DNA from: an uncultured virus (IMG/VR IMGVR_UViG_3300020576_002235)
Lineage: Duplodnaviria > Heunggongvirae > Uroviricota > Caudoviricetes
Length of the DNA: 64,000 nt
Reading direction: 5' to 3' (one strand)
IMG/VR virus record: IMGVR_UViG_3300020576_002235
Part shown: in pieces, positions 1 to 9,519 of the stretch
Numbering within the stretch: the first letter of the stretch is position 1
Layout: every line of letters begins with the position of its first letter
Made by a program: the position numbers and the translations under genes
The notes under the pieces: generated by a model
What the model was told of the DNA's origin: nothing
The model's database searches: none
The model's input: the letters and a program-made list of their open reading frames with translations, nothing else

Positions 1-153
1 GTGCTGGGGGCCGCCGCCGGTCTGTGCTGGGGGCCGCCGCCGGTCTGTGCTGGGGGCCGCCGCCGGTCTGTGCTGGGGGCCGCCGCCGGTCTGTGCTGGG
101 AGCCGCCGCCGGTCTGTGCTGGGAGCCGCCGCCGGTCTGTGCTGGGAGCCACC
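1..153. repeat. 23-bp tandem repeat array (GTGCTGGGRGCCGCCGCCGGTCT), 6 full copies plus a partial; may continue left of the window
   Basis: Read directly. Copies 1-4 have GGGGG, later copies GGGAG. Confidence 0.97.
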
Positions 154-338
154 TATCAGCTTAACCTTGCATTCTCAAAGATCAAATAAGTGTCGATAGG
201 GAATACCCCTGTAATAACTGGCAACTATGAAAACCGGCGATATAAAATCAAGCCAATTAGGCATAGCTACCCTTTATCCAATAAAGAATACTATATCAAC
301 ACTAGATTTTTAAGGATCAAAGCCAAATAATGTAATCA

Positions 339-379
339 TTATTTATTTAGTGGATTAAGTTAATCCACTAAATAAATAA
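339..379. repeat. Perfect AT-rich inverted repeat, 20-bp arms around a 1-nt centre
   Basis: TTATTTATTTAGTGGATTAA-G-TTAATCCACTAAATAAATAA. Confidence 0.95.
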
Positions 380-398
380 CCCGGTCGTTACCGGGTTA
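377..398 (-). terminator. Probable intrinsic terminator of the 410-1021 gene
   Basis: 9-bp stem TAACCCGGT/ACCGGGTTA, followed on the minus strand by TTTATTT, 12 nt past the stop codon. Confidence 0.6.
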
Positions 399-409
399 AC
401 TGAGCCTGA

Positions 410-1021
410 CTATTTTAGGGCGGGGGTTTCAAGCGACTTGAGATAAGGTAGGACGTTCGCGAACCGCCGTTCAAAGGTCTTCTGCACACCCTCATTGGCA
501 TGGATGGATGCAGTGACTTGATACCATGAAAGCAATTCTGCTTTGTGGGCGGACTTTGGGGCAGGGTTCATTTTGGCCCACTTATCACTCATGCCCGGTG
601 CGTTGTAAATGCTCTTGATCTGTGCGAACACTTCCACATTAGCACCTTTGACAATTGCCATACGGGCTAATCCATCCAATCCGACTTCACGCAGTGCTTT
701 ATCCCTCACATTGACCAACTCATTAGCCAATGTGCCCGCATTCGCGTGGTGTTCTAACCATGCTTGTTTTTTGGCTTGTGCTCTTGTAGGTGTCGGCGTA
801 AAGATACCGCCGGGGAGCTGCGATACTGGCAGGGGGTCAGTGTTTGCCAGTGCCAATAAGGTATCTTCGCTTGGTTCCGTGATAGTTGTGTCTGTTGCAA
901 CATTAGCGACTGACTCAGTAGCGACCGACTCAGTAGCGACCGACTCAGTAGCGACCGACTCAGTCGCTCCGATAAATTCACCTGCTTCGTTAGCGTAAAT
1001 AGTTGTTTGTTTGCGTGCCAT
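410..1021 (-). CDS. Hypothetical protein with four ATESV repeats (15-bp tandem DNA repeat)
   Basis: 203-aa ORF with GGAG RBS upstream and a terminator downstream; no family recognised. Confidence 0.75.
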   Translation of the reverse strand: MARKQTTIYANEAGEFIGATESVATESVATESVATESVANVATDTTITEPSEDTLLALANTDPLPVSQLPGGIFTPTPTRAQAKKQAWLEHHANAGTLANELVNVRDKALREVGLDGLARMAIVKGANVEVFAQIKSIYNAPGMSDKWAKMNPAPKSAHKAELLSWYQVTASIHANEGVQKTFERRFANVLPYLKSLETPALK

Positions 1022-1128
1022 GATAATTACTCCAATAAATACCCCACATATAAACCGTGTGGGCGACGGATGCTACATGACAAGCATGTACTGTGCCACA
1101 ATGTTCAATAATTTGATTCTACCTTATA

Positions 1129-1693
1129 AATCAATAGCTTACAGCATAGTTCTTAAAGCATAGCCGTTAAAACATAGGTCAGTTGTAAAATATATCGACA
1201 CAAACACTATCAACGTCATACGCAAACACCAATAGAATCATAGGCTTACAGTGTAGAAACTAAGAATAGGTGTGGTGTAAGGATAACCGACAGTGTAGAG
1301 GTTTATTGTCGTTTATGTTGAAATAGTGTTTAGAATCAATAGGTTAGCTCAGAGGGAGGGTGTAAAATATCTCGACAGTGTTCAATCACTACCAGCACCA
1401 CGTCCGCCGGTGCTGGTAGAGACTGATCAGCACCACGTCCGCCGGTGCTGGTAGAGACTGATCAGCACCACGTCCGCCGGTGCTGGTAGAGACTGATCAG
1501 CACCACGTCCGCCGGTGCTGGTAGAGACTGATCAGCACCACGTCCGCCGGTGCTGGTAGAGACTGATCAGCACCACGTCCGCCGGTGCTGGTAGAGACTG
1601 ATCAGCACCCCGTCCGCCAGTTTCTATACAACTTTACCGACACTGCCATTTTCCCCGGTTGATGACAATTTATTGAACAAAATCAACGACTTA
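1129..1693. promoter_or_regulatory. Cluster of IHF-consensus sites and repeated TGTAA..CGACA boxes upstream of the terminase genes (candidate packaging or origin region)
   Basis: WATCAANNNNTTR matches at 1129-1141, 1334-1346 and 1681-1693, near-match at 1236-1248; 17-bp boxes at 1184, 1276 and 1361. Confidence 0.5.
1393..1620. repeat. 35-bp tandem repeat array (CAGCACCACGTCCGCCGGTGCTGGTAGAGACTGAT), 6 identical copies plus a partial
   Basis: Read directly. Internal hairpin CAGCACC/GGTGCTG; no spacers. Confidence 0.97.
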
Positions 1694-1825
1694 TGACGTA
1701 TAGGGGTTGTAAGTTTCGCGTAAGTTTTTGCTGAGTCTCTCAACCTCAAAAATTTTCACATCGTTTCCAACTTTCATTGTAACACAATACACCACACAAT
1801 CCACAACCCCGGTACAATCCACAAC

Positions 1826-2068
1826 ATGAGCACCCGATCCGACAAGCAGGAAAAACATAACTTAATTAACGCTAGACGCGAGTACCGAAGTATCTTAGCC
1901 CAACAAGTTATACAGAACATACACACTACAAGCAAAGCAGCACGGATCGCCTGTTGTAGCACAAGAACCATGCGAAGAGCCGTAGCAAAGGCACGCACTG
2001 TAGAAGTAAAGCTACACAAAGAGCACAATACTGTAACACTGCCCAACGCAAACATCCAACACGTATGA
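1826..2068 (+). CDS. Small basic hypothetical protein
   Basis: 80-aa ORF whose stop overlaps the start of the putative TerS (ATGA). Confidence 0.55.
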   Translation: MSTRSDKQEKHNLINARREYRSILAQQVIQNIHTTSKAARIACCSTRTMRRAVAKARTVEVKLHKEHNTVTLPNANIQHV

Positions 2069-2406
2069 CTAATCCATTCACAAAACCACCTGTAACGCTA
2101 CCACAGCCTGTATTGCTGTCCAGCCTAGATGACTTGGACTTAAAGCAAGAACTGTTAGAGGCGTATAACAAAGCAAAAACCCTGCTCATAGCCGCAGAGT
2201 ACGACGAATCTATCCCTCTGAACCAGAAAGTTCAAGCTGTAAACAGTATTGCTTCCATTCTGCAAACAATAGCCAAGACTCAAGAGACCCTACACAATAC
2301 TCAAACGATCACAAAGATCGAAGCTGTATTGATAAATACGCTGAAAACCTATCCAGAATTGCGTGAGGCTTTCCTGGAAGACTACGAAAGGGCGCTAAAT
2401 GCTTGA
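2065..2406 (+). CDS. terS: Putative terminase small subunit
   Basis: 113-aa helical ORF overlapping the TerL start; positional call. Confidence 0.6.
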   Translation: MTNPFTKPPVTLPQPVLLSSLDDLDLKQELLEAYNKAKTLLIAAEYDESIPLNQKVQAVNSIASILQTIAKTQETLHNTQTITKIEAVLINTLKTYPELREAFLEDYERALNA

Positions 2407-4081
2407 ACATCTGAGAAGAGTGCAGGACGGGGCGAGAGATGTCTACAGCCTGTCCAATCTGTCAGCGTGGATTGAGAAATATCTACGGCTAGAAGGCAGA
2501 AAGTTTGATATGTCTGGGCGTTACAGTTTCCAGAAACGCATTGTCAATGATACATCACGAGTCGTAAACACTTCTAAGTGCGCTCAAATTGGACTAACTA
2601 CGGCTACAATCGCTTACTTTCTGGCGGCTATGGCAACGCAGAGGAAATTCAACACTATTTACGCTTTGCCTAGTCAAACCGACGCTAGCAAGATCATGAC
2701 CACGAAGATCAATCCGATCATCAACGAGTCTACGCGATTACGCCAACTGACAGACAAAAACGTAGACTCGATAGAGCTAAAACAGATAGGAAGTAATTTT
2801 CTGTTTTGCCGTGGAGCCAAAAGCGAAACAGCAGCACTGTCTATCAGCGCAGACTGCTTGGTTGCAGACGAAATAGACCGTTCAGACCCTGACGTTTTGA
2901 AGCAGTTCAGATCACGGTTACAGGCATCCGAACTAGCAATCATCAAACAATTCTCAACACCAACCATTGATGGTGTAGGCATCAGCAAGGAAGCGGAAGT
3001 ATCGCTTCGCTACAGATCATTCGCCACCTGCAACCACTGTAACCATACATGGCTACCCTCCTATCATACCGATATGAGGGTTCCCGGTTACACAGCAGAC
3101 ATAAGTGAAATAACGCGAACGAATATACAAACTCTCAACTGGAAAAGTGCGCACTGGATGTGCCCCTCGTGCGGAAAAGACCCACAGTTGCATCCGTCGC
3201 GGCTAGAGTGGATATGCGAAAATGAGACCGAAAGCTGGGAGGCAAGCACATATTTTGTTACACCAGTGACGTGCTGTGAGGTTCTAAAACCTTCATACTT
3301 GGTACGTACATCAACTGAGTTCAACACTAGAAGTGAGTGGATGAATCAGGTTCTTGGAGAAACTAGCACCGAAAACAATGATCAGATAACCGTAGAGGAT
3401 GTAAAGAATTCTTTTACTAGCTCTTTGGATTCAACAGAAATGCATTACCTCGGTGCAGATATGGGTCTGCTTTGTAGTGTTGTTATTGGGAGAAAGACTC
3501 AAGCGGGCGAACTGTTGGTTGTACATCGAGAAACAATCCCCGTATCGAATTTCGTAACTCGTAGAGCGGAGTTGCTGAAGCAGTATAGAGTAGCTGTGTC
3601 AGTGCATGATGTTCAGCCATACACACCAATGATTATGCAAATCTGCGACTACGATGTTAACGCGTATGGTTGCTCGTTCGCTGTAGGCAATAGCGTAGAA
3701 CTGTATACTATACAGGAAAAAAGCGCAGATGCAGATGAAGGAAAATTAAATTTGAGACTGGTAAAGGCTAATCGGACACGAATGCTAGACGAGATTTTGC
3801 TACTTTTCAAAGAAAAGCGGATACTTACAGCGAGAGTTAGCGACCAGGAAGACGATAAATATCTGTCACACCTGCTTTCGATGCGGCGGACGCAGGTTTT
3901 TGTGAAGGAGCAGCTTCAGTACACCTGGCAAAAGACTACAGGGGAAGATCATTCGTTATTCGCGCTTGCTTATATGAACATCGCTTGTATGCTCAGAGGG
4001 ACAGTTGAGCCGTGGGCCAGCGGGTCTTTAGGTCTGGTGAAATCGTTCAAACTGAAGCAGAAGAGTTTCATGCTAGAATAG
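2399..4081 (+). CDS. terL: Terminase large subunit (GpA-like)
   Basis: Walker A-like KCAQIGLT, Walker B LVADEIDR, FSTPT motif, CxxC pairs (CNHC, CPSC), nuclease motifs LGADMG and EDH. Confidence 0.92.
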   Translation: MLEHLRRVQDGARDVYSLSNLSAWIEKYLRLEGRKFDMSGRYSFQKRIVNDTSRVVNTSKCAQIGLTTATIAYFLAAMATQRKFNTIYALPSQTDASKIMTTKINPIINESTRLRQLTDKNVDSIELKQIGSNFLFCRGAKSETAALSISADCLVADEIDRSDPDVLKQFRSRLQASELAIIKQFSTPTIDGVGISKEAEVSLRYRSFATCNHCNHTWLPSYHTDMRVPGYTADISEITRTNIQTLNWKSAHWMCPSCGKDPQLHPSRLEWICENETESWEASTYFVTPVTCCEVLKPSYLVRTSTEFNTRSEWMNQVLGETSTENNDQITVEDVKNSFTSSLDSTEMHYLGADMGLLCSVVIGRKTQAGELLVVHRETIPVSNFVTRRAELLKQYRVAVSVHDVQPYTPMIMQICDYDVNAYGCSFAVGNSVELYTIQEKSADADEGKLNLRLVKANRTRMLDEILLLFKEKRILTARVSDQEDDKYLSHLLSMRRTQVFVKEQLQYTWQKTTGEDHSLFALAYMNIACMLRGTVEPWASGSLGLVKSFKLKQKSFMLE

Positions 4082-4188
4082 CCCGGCACTTCGACTTGAA
4101 GTGCAAACGGCACTTGAGTTGACGCTCAAGTGCCGTTCTAGTCATTCATTACTGGACAAATAACATGACATTCGATAATTGTATCACA
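4071..4188. promoter_or_regulatory. HNH leader cassette A: sense -10, two hairpins, antisense extended -10
   Basis: TGCTAGAAT 4071-4079; GCACTTC/GAAGTGC 4086-4104; AACGGCACTTGAG/CTCAAGTGCCGTT 4106-4137; TGTGATACAAT on the minus strand 4178-4188. Confidence 0.7.
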
Positions 4189-4830
4189 CCTGAAGGTGTG
4201 TCTCCGCTCGTCGAGCAAAAACCTTACACTCACCCTAACCGAAAATTGGTGCAGGGCGTCGGTACAAATGACTTCCCGGCACCTGTCGTGGTGGACGGTA
4301 AGATCATAAAGTCTTACAATGTTTGGACATGTATGCTAGCTAGGTGCTACTCAGAGCGCTGCCTAAAGAAACGTCCTACTTACGTAGGGTGTTCGGTGTC
4401 GAAAGAGTGGTTACTTTTCTCAGCCTTTGAAAAATGGTTTTCGGAGAACTACATAGAAGGATGCCAGTTAGACAAAGACCTGTTAATAGCAGGCAACTTG
4501 GTTTACAGCGCTGAAACTTGTGTATTTGTCACATCAGCCCTAAATACCTTGTTGTCGGATCATGGTGCAGCACGCGGTAATTGCCCTCTAGGCGTATCTT
4601 TCCGTAAAGACAGTAGGAAATACTCAGCACATGTCAACATAGGAACAGAACCACACTATCTCGGCCTGTTTACAACAGCTATTGACGCCCACCGTGCATA
4701 TCAACTTGCGAAAGCTAAAGTTATTGAGGATTTTCCAGTCAACAACCTGCGAGTCAGAGCCGCCCTTGACCTCAGAGTAGCTCAGCTTCGTGATGATCAT
4801 GCCAATGGTCGAATAACGCTCAAACTTTGA
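4165..4830 (+). CDS. Free-standing HNH-type endonuclease with AP2-like C-terminus (paralog A)
   Basis: W..ML.RCYS, PTY.GC.V..EW, LDKDLL..GN.VYS...CVFV..LN, PLGV, YLGLF.T...AH motifs; lies between terL and portal. Confidence 0.85.
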   Translation: MTFDNCITPEGVSPLVEQKPYTHPNRKLVQGVGTNDFPAPVVVDGKIIKSYNVWTCMLARCYSERCLKKRPTYVGCSVSKEWLLFSAFEKWFSENYIEGCQLDKDLLIAGNLVYSAETCVFVTSALNTLLSDHGAARGNCPLGVSFRKDSRKYSAHVNIGTEPHYLGLFTTAIDAHRAYQLAKAKVIEDFPVNNLRVRAALDLRVAQLRDDHANGRITLKL

Positions 4831-4887
4831 TTCTGCGCGGGCAGAATTGTCCGCGTGAACCAGAAACTTCAGCTAGAATGCTCGACT

Positions 4888-6366
4888 ATGAGCATCTTCG
4901 CAACGCTGTCCGACTTCTTTCGCTCTCCCACGCCCGAGGCAAGCACCCTTCAGCCTCCACCATTGCCCAAGGCCCCAAATGCTCCGGTCTCCAAACCTGG
5001 CTACCGTAAACAGATTGAGGCTTCTTCTGCGGCGCTGCGCGAAAGTGACCGAGGCATAACCACCTTGGATCGGCTGGTATCAGCACGAAACCTGTCTAAC
5101 ACTAAACAGATCGTCCGGCAACTGTACCACGTAAGTCCTGAGCTGTCCTCTGCTATCACTACGATGTTGAGAGTTGGCATTCCTGAGCGTTATACCGTAG
5201 TCGCAAGGAATCTCGATGGGCAGATAGACGCACCGGCGACTGGAGTAGCACATGAGTTGCTGCGCAGACTCACTTACCTCGGTTCTGTTGACGGTAGTTT
5301 CGGCCCACAGCAGACACTGCAGTCTCTTAGTGAGCAGCTTGGACTGGAGTTGCTTATTGAAGGGGCGGCTTGCTTAGAAGTTGCGTTGGATAAAGCAAGG
5401 ATTCCTGCGTCATTGAACCCCATAGCTTGCTCCCAACTGAAAATATATGAGGAAGACAATTCGTTTAGGCTCGTACAAGTTATAGGCGGACAGGAAATCG
5501 ACTTAGACCTTCCTACGGTTATCTATACCAGTTTAGATCAAGACTTGCTATCGGCATACAGCAGCTCGTACTTAGAGGCAGCTATTCCCACGGTTATGGC
5601 CGATTTTGATTTCAGTAATGATACCCGTAGAGCGCTGAAACGCGCTGTACTACCGAGGCTTACTGCCACTATTGATGGTGAGAAGGTTAAAAAGTTGACC
5701 CCGCCAGAGATACTTTCAGACGCTACAAAATTTAACGACTACAAAGCTGCTCTCATTTCAGAGGTAGAGACCGTACTTAACAACCTATCCCCTGAAGACG
5801 CGCTAGTCAGCTTTGACAGCATCACTTATTCATTCGTTGAAGGCGGCAAAGACCCCGCTGCCATTATTGAGAGAATTCAGGGCGTACTGAATGCTAAATT
5901 GGCGTCAGGCGCAAAAACTCTTCCAGTGGTATTGGGCCACGGTGGAACGTCTAATTCCTCAAGCACAGAAGCAGTACTGTATCTCAAACAAGCAAATATA
6001 ATCAGAGTCAAGCTAAACGAAATCTATTCGAGAGCCTTAACAATCGCTGTAAGAATTCTAGGAAACGACTGCTACTGCGAATTCACCTACGCTCCCATTG
6101 ACCTACGGCCAGAAGCTGAGTTAGAGGCGTTCCGCTCGATGGAACAGAGTCGCATCTTAGAGCTACTGTCACTCGGTATGGTGTCCGATGAGGAAGCGTG
6201 TGTGAAGCTCACTGGAAACTTGCCTCCGGCTGGTTATAAGTCCTTAATGGGGACTATGTTTAAAACAGCCACTGCAATAAACAAGAATCCTGCGTCCAAC
6301 ACCAGTGCTATAGACCAGTCACTAACCCCTTCTACCCCTAAAGAGCCGAAAGGTCCAGCTAAATGA
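4888..6366 (+). CDS. Portal protein
   Basis: ~492 aa, between terL and the head protease. Start taken at ATG 4888, 8 nt after TAGAAT with no clear SD (possibly leaderless). Confidence 0.8.
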   Translation: MSIFATLSDFFRSPTPEASTLQPPPLPKAPNAPVSKPGYRKQIEASSAALRESDRGITTLDRLVSARNLSNTKQIVRQLYHVSPELSSAITTMLRVGIPERYTVVARNLDGQIDAPATGVAHELLRRLTYLGSVDGSFGPQQTLQSLSEQLGLELLIEGAACLEVALDKARIPASLNPIACSQLKIYEEDNSFRLVQVIGGQEIDLDLPTVIYTSLDQDLLSAYSSSYLEAAIPTVMADFDFSNDTRRALKRAVLPRLTATIDGEKVKKLTPPEILSDATKFNDYKAALISEVETVLNNLSPEDALVSFDSITYSFVEGGKDPAAIIERIQGVLNAKLASGAKTLPVVLGHGGTSNSSSTEAVLYLKQANIIRVKLNEIYSRALTIAVRILGNDCYCEFTYAPIDLRPEAELEAFRSMEQSRILELLSLGMVSDEEACVKLTGNLPPAGYKSLMGTMFKTATAINKNPASNTSAIDQSLTPSTPKEPKGPAK

Positions 6367-7745
6367 AAACATATTGCAATCCCTGTCTCTGGCTAGGCTC
6401 ACAAGAGTCCTTTGAAGCCTATTCTTCCGCTGAGGCTCGCAAGATTGCAGACCCCAAGTTCTCAGCCTCCAGTGATTATGCCAACGAAGTTATGGAACAA
6501 ATCTATAACGTGGAGCAAGGTGTTGGAGTTATCAGCATCAAGGGTTCTCTGGTGGATGGTTCTGCTGGTTACGGTATTTTCTTCGGTGAGACTGGCTACG
6601 ACGATATTCGTTCCGCACTGGTCGCAGCCGTCAGCAACAACGAAGTCAAATCCATTCTGTTGGACATCAGTTCTGGTGGTGGGCAAGTCTCTGGTGTAGA
6701 TGACACAGCACAGTTGATTCGCCGTGTCAACGCTGTGAAGCCGGTTGTTACCTATACTGGCAGTATGATGGGCAGCGCAGCCTTGTGGCTTGGCTCGTCG
6801 GCTGGCTACTCTGTAGCAGGTCAAACTGCTATCGTTGGTAGTCTTGGTGTGGTTATGGTACACATGGACAAGAGCAAGGCACTGTATGAAGCAGGAATCA
6901 AACCCACTGTTATCCGCGCAGGCTCAGAGAAGGCTCTTGCATCGCCCTATGAACCTCTGTCTGAGAAAGCACAGGCAGGTCTACAATCACAAGCAGATAT
7001 TCTCTATGGTGTGTTTCTACAGCATGTGGCTAGTGCTCGTGGGGTGTCTGCTACCAATGGTGATAAGAAATTTGGACAAGGTCGTGAGTTCATCGGACAG
7101 CAAGCTGTGGATGTTGGACTTGTTGACAAGCTGGGCACTTACGAAGATGCTTTTCTGAAGGCCCAGGCGCTTTGCAAGCCGAAGAAAAAGGCATCAATGG
7201 GTGCCAATGCGCTTTTTTGTCCGCCTATCACCGCAGACTTGGGCGATAATGCCGAACATACTGAAGGAACCACCATGCCACAACCGTTGACAGATGAAGC
7301 ACTTGCCGCTATGGCTGCTGGTGTAGAGCTAGAAATTGAAACCCAAGAGCCGGATACGACTCAGGCCCTGGCCGCGTTGACCACTGAACGTGACGCTGCC
7401 ATTGCTGATCGGGATGCTGCGGCTACCGCCCATGCCACCCAACTGGCTACCGTTGTTGCTGATCACGCCACTGCTCTTGCAGCGGCCTCTGCTCAGATGG
7501 CAAAGTTTGTGGAAATCGCACGGAACTCTGTCAAGACGATGGGTATCCATTTTGGTGTCGATGCAACCTCTGTTGCAGCTTTCGATGCTGACCAAATTCT
7601 TGTAGAGCACGCTCGTCTGGCTGACCTCTTCAAGTCCAAGTTCAAGGTGGGAGGTGTTGCGGCCACCACCCCTGAAGTGACCACCAAAGCGAAAACTTTG
7701 GCATCACCAATGTTCGCCGCGCTTCTCAAGTCCACCGCCAAATAA
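6363..7745 (+). CDS. Head maturation protease, S49 (SppA-like) family, with C-terminal scaffold region
   Basis: LLDISSGGG, GSAALWLGS, VGSLGV and G.EK motifs; A/T-rich helical C-terminus. Confidence 0.9.
   Translation: MKTYCNPCLWLGSQESFEAYSSAEARKIADPKFSASSDYANEVMEQIYNVEQGVGVISIKGSLVDGSAGYGIFFGETGYDDIRSALVAAVSNNEVKSILLDISSGGGQVSGVDDTAQLIRRVNAVKPVVTYTGSMMGSAALWLGSSAGYSVAGQTAIVGSLGVVMVHMDKSKALYEAGIKPTVIRAGSEKALASPYEPLSEKAQAGLQSQADILYGVFLQHVASARGVSATNGDKKFGQGREFIGQQAVDVGLVDKLGTYEDAFLKAQALCKPKKKASMGANALFCPPITADLGDNAEHTEGTTMPQPLTDEALAAMAAGVELEIETQEPDTTQALAALTTERDAAIADRDAAATAHATQLATVVADHATALAAASAQMAKFVEIARNSVKTMGIHFGVDATSVAAFDADQILVEHARLADLFKSKFKVGGVAATTPEVTTKAKTLASPMFAALLKSTAK
7275..7745 (+). CDS. 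Putative nested in-frame scaffolding protein (lambda C/Nu3-type arrangement)
   Basis: Internal AAGGA RBS before ATG 7275 (MPQPLTDEAL), -10-like GATAAT upstream, helical product. Confidence 0.6.
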   Translation: MPQPLTDEALAAMAAGVELEIETQEPDTTQALAALTTERDAAIADRDAAATAHATQLATVVADHATALAAASAQMAKFVEIARNSVKTMGIHFGVDATSVAAFDADQILVEHARLADLFKSKFKVGGVAATTPEVTTKAKTLASPMFAALLKSTAK

Positions 7746-7757
7746 AGGAGTACCCTC

Positions 7758-8237
7758 ATGGCTGCTAATCATTTCATTGTTCCTACTGGTGTTACCGCAC
7801 CGGTAACTGTTGTCCGGTTGGGCGCAGGCAACGGCGCTAACGACCGCTACAGCGATGTCGATGCTGGCAAGATTGTCAAACTCGTGGGCGAATCTCGCTA
7901 CGGCTTGACTGCTGTTGGTGATCCCATCGAAGGCGTGATTGTTGCTGTCGAGAATGCCACTTCCGGCGGATACTCTGTCGGTGGTGTTATCAGTGAAGGC
8001 AAGATTTTTGCCACTGCTGATGGCCTGCAAGCCACTCCTGGCGTCGGCGCTATTGCTGTTGGTGACTATGTTGTTTCCGGCACCGCAACTGCCAAGGGTA
8101 CTGCACTGACCGCTTACCCGAAAGTTTGTAAAGCCACGGCACAAACGCTGGCTTTCTTCATGTGGCGCGTAGTGTCACTAGGTCAAGTCGGTACTGGCGC
8201 TGTCGGTACTACCATCGTAATCGAAGCCGCTTGCTAA
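7758..8237 (+). CDS. Putative head decoration/cement protein
   Basis: 159-aa G/V/A/T-rich beta-type ORF between protease and capsid; AAGGAG RBS. Confidence 0.7.
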   Translation: MAANHFIVPTGVTAPVTVVRLGAGNGANDRYSDVDAGKIVKLVGESRYGLTAVGDPIEGVIVAVENATSGGYSVGGVISEGKIFATADGLQATPGVGAIAVGDYVVSGTATAKGTALTAYPKVCKATAQTLAFFMWRVVSLGQVGTGAVGTTIVIEAAC

Positions 8238-8249
8238 GGAGCACACAAC

Positions 8250-9476
8250 ATGGCATTTTTTATCGACAACGCAGGTAATGCTCAACACGTTGACATCACT
8301 CCTGATATTCACAAAGCTGCCCTCGACGCCAATCTTCCCGTCCCCACCTACATCAATCGGCAATACGCTGAAGCTGATCAGTCGCAAGGTTCTGCTTTCA
8401 AGCAAATTTGCGCTTCTGTTGGCCTGTGTCTGCCTGGTGCTAACGACTTCGGTATCCGTCCTGCCACTATGGCTGACATCCTTGACGGCAAGGCTGGCTT
8501 TCAAGCTGGTGGTACTACCAATGTAAGCGACAAAGGCTCTCCGTTCGGTTCTGCTGCTCGCTCTCTGGCTCCGGTAGCCATCCTCGAGATGATTGAAGAC
8601 ATCGTAGCCAAGGATCGGACGACTGATGCAGTGACCTTCAACCAGTTGGTTGCTCAAGAAATCTCTATCGCCGGTGAAAATTTTATTCAGCCCGTGATTA
8701 GTTATCAAACGACCGGCGGGCCGGAGCAAGCCAAGGCACAGCGTGTTTCGGAGTTCTCTGAGCCTGGCACTCTGCTTCGTTTGAGTACTGCAGAACGTAT
8801 TCGATCCTTGCCAACTGTGACAATGGGTGTGGAGTTTAGCGATAAAGCGTTGCGATCTCTCAGCCTGGATGTAATTGCAATGTCTATTGCGCGTTACAAA
8901 GAGGTGGAACTTGACGGGCGCTGCTACTCGTATCTATCTGCCCTCTTCTCAGGTGATGACGATTTGAACACAGGAGCAGTCTCTGCTGTTACTACTGTCT
9001 CGCTTGATAGTGCTTGTACTGCTAAGCTTATTAGTCACAAAGCTTGGGTCAAATTTCTTGCGCGTAATCGTAAGAAACGCAACATTACTCATGTAATTTG
9101 CGATATTGACACATACCTTTTGATCGAAGGTCGCACCGGACGCCCCGGCAGCAATGCCTATGATCCACGCCTGACTGTCATCGACCCTCAAGCTACCCCT
9201 GCAAATGCCGCTCAAATCGGCTTTGGTAACGGTGTGCGCTACATGATTGTGGATGCTGCCGCCGATGGTGGCCCAGTACCAGCAAACACTGTGTGGGCTG
9301 TTGACGCGAGTAAGGCAATTATTCGGGCTACAAACAGTCAAGCGCAGTATGCTGCAACGGAAGCATTTGTGATGAGACGTTCTACTATGATGCGCTTCGA
9401 CTGGGCAGAAACAGTCTACCGCGCATATGGGAATACTGAATTGTCGTTATTCGACGTTCTTACGATCTCTCAATAA
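8250..9476 (+). CDS. Major capsid protein
   Basis: 408 aa, strong RBS and codon bias, canonical position, followed by a terminator. Confidence 0.85.
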   Translation: MAFFIDNAGNAQHVDITPDIHKAALDANLPVPTYINRQYAEADQSQGSAFKQICASVGLCLPGANDFGIRPATMADILDGKAGFQAGGTTNVSDKGSPFGSAARSLAPVAILEMIEDIVAKDRTTDAVTFNQLVAQEISIAGENFIQPVISYQTTGGPEQAKAQRVSEFSEPGTLLRLSTAERIRSLPTVTMGVEFSDKALRSLSLDVIAMSIARYKEVELDGRCYSYLSALFSGDDDLNTGAVSAVTTVSLDSACTAKLISHKAWVKFLARNRKKRNITHVICDIDTYLLIEGRTGRPGSNAYDPRLTVIDPQATPANAAQIGFGNGVRYMIVDAAADGGPVPANTVWAVDASKAIIRATNSQAQYAATEAFVMRRSTMMRFDWAETVYRAYGNTELSLFDVLTISQ

Positions 9477-9491
9477 GCCTAACGGCGGATA

Positions 9492-9519
9492 GAAAAAGGC
9501 TCCCTAGGGAGCCTTTTTC
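9492..9519. terminator. Bidirectional intrinsic terminator
   Basis: GAAAAAGGCTCCC-TA-GGGAGCCTTTTTC between convergent genes. Confidence 0.9.

Noticed and set aside
1..189. 62-aa ORF
   Set aside because: It is a translation of the 23-bp tandem repeat with no support as a gene.
1393..1620. CRISPR array
   Set aside because: The 35-bp palindromic units are head-to-tail with no unique spacers, and no cas genes are present.
4071..4830. HEARO/IscB-type RNA-guided nuclease
   Set aside because: The leaders are only ~90 nt, and the proteins lack RuvC and PLMP motifs.
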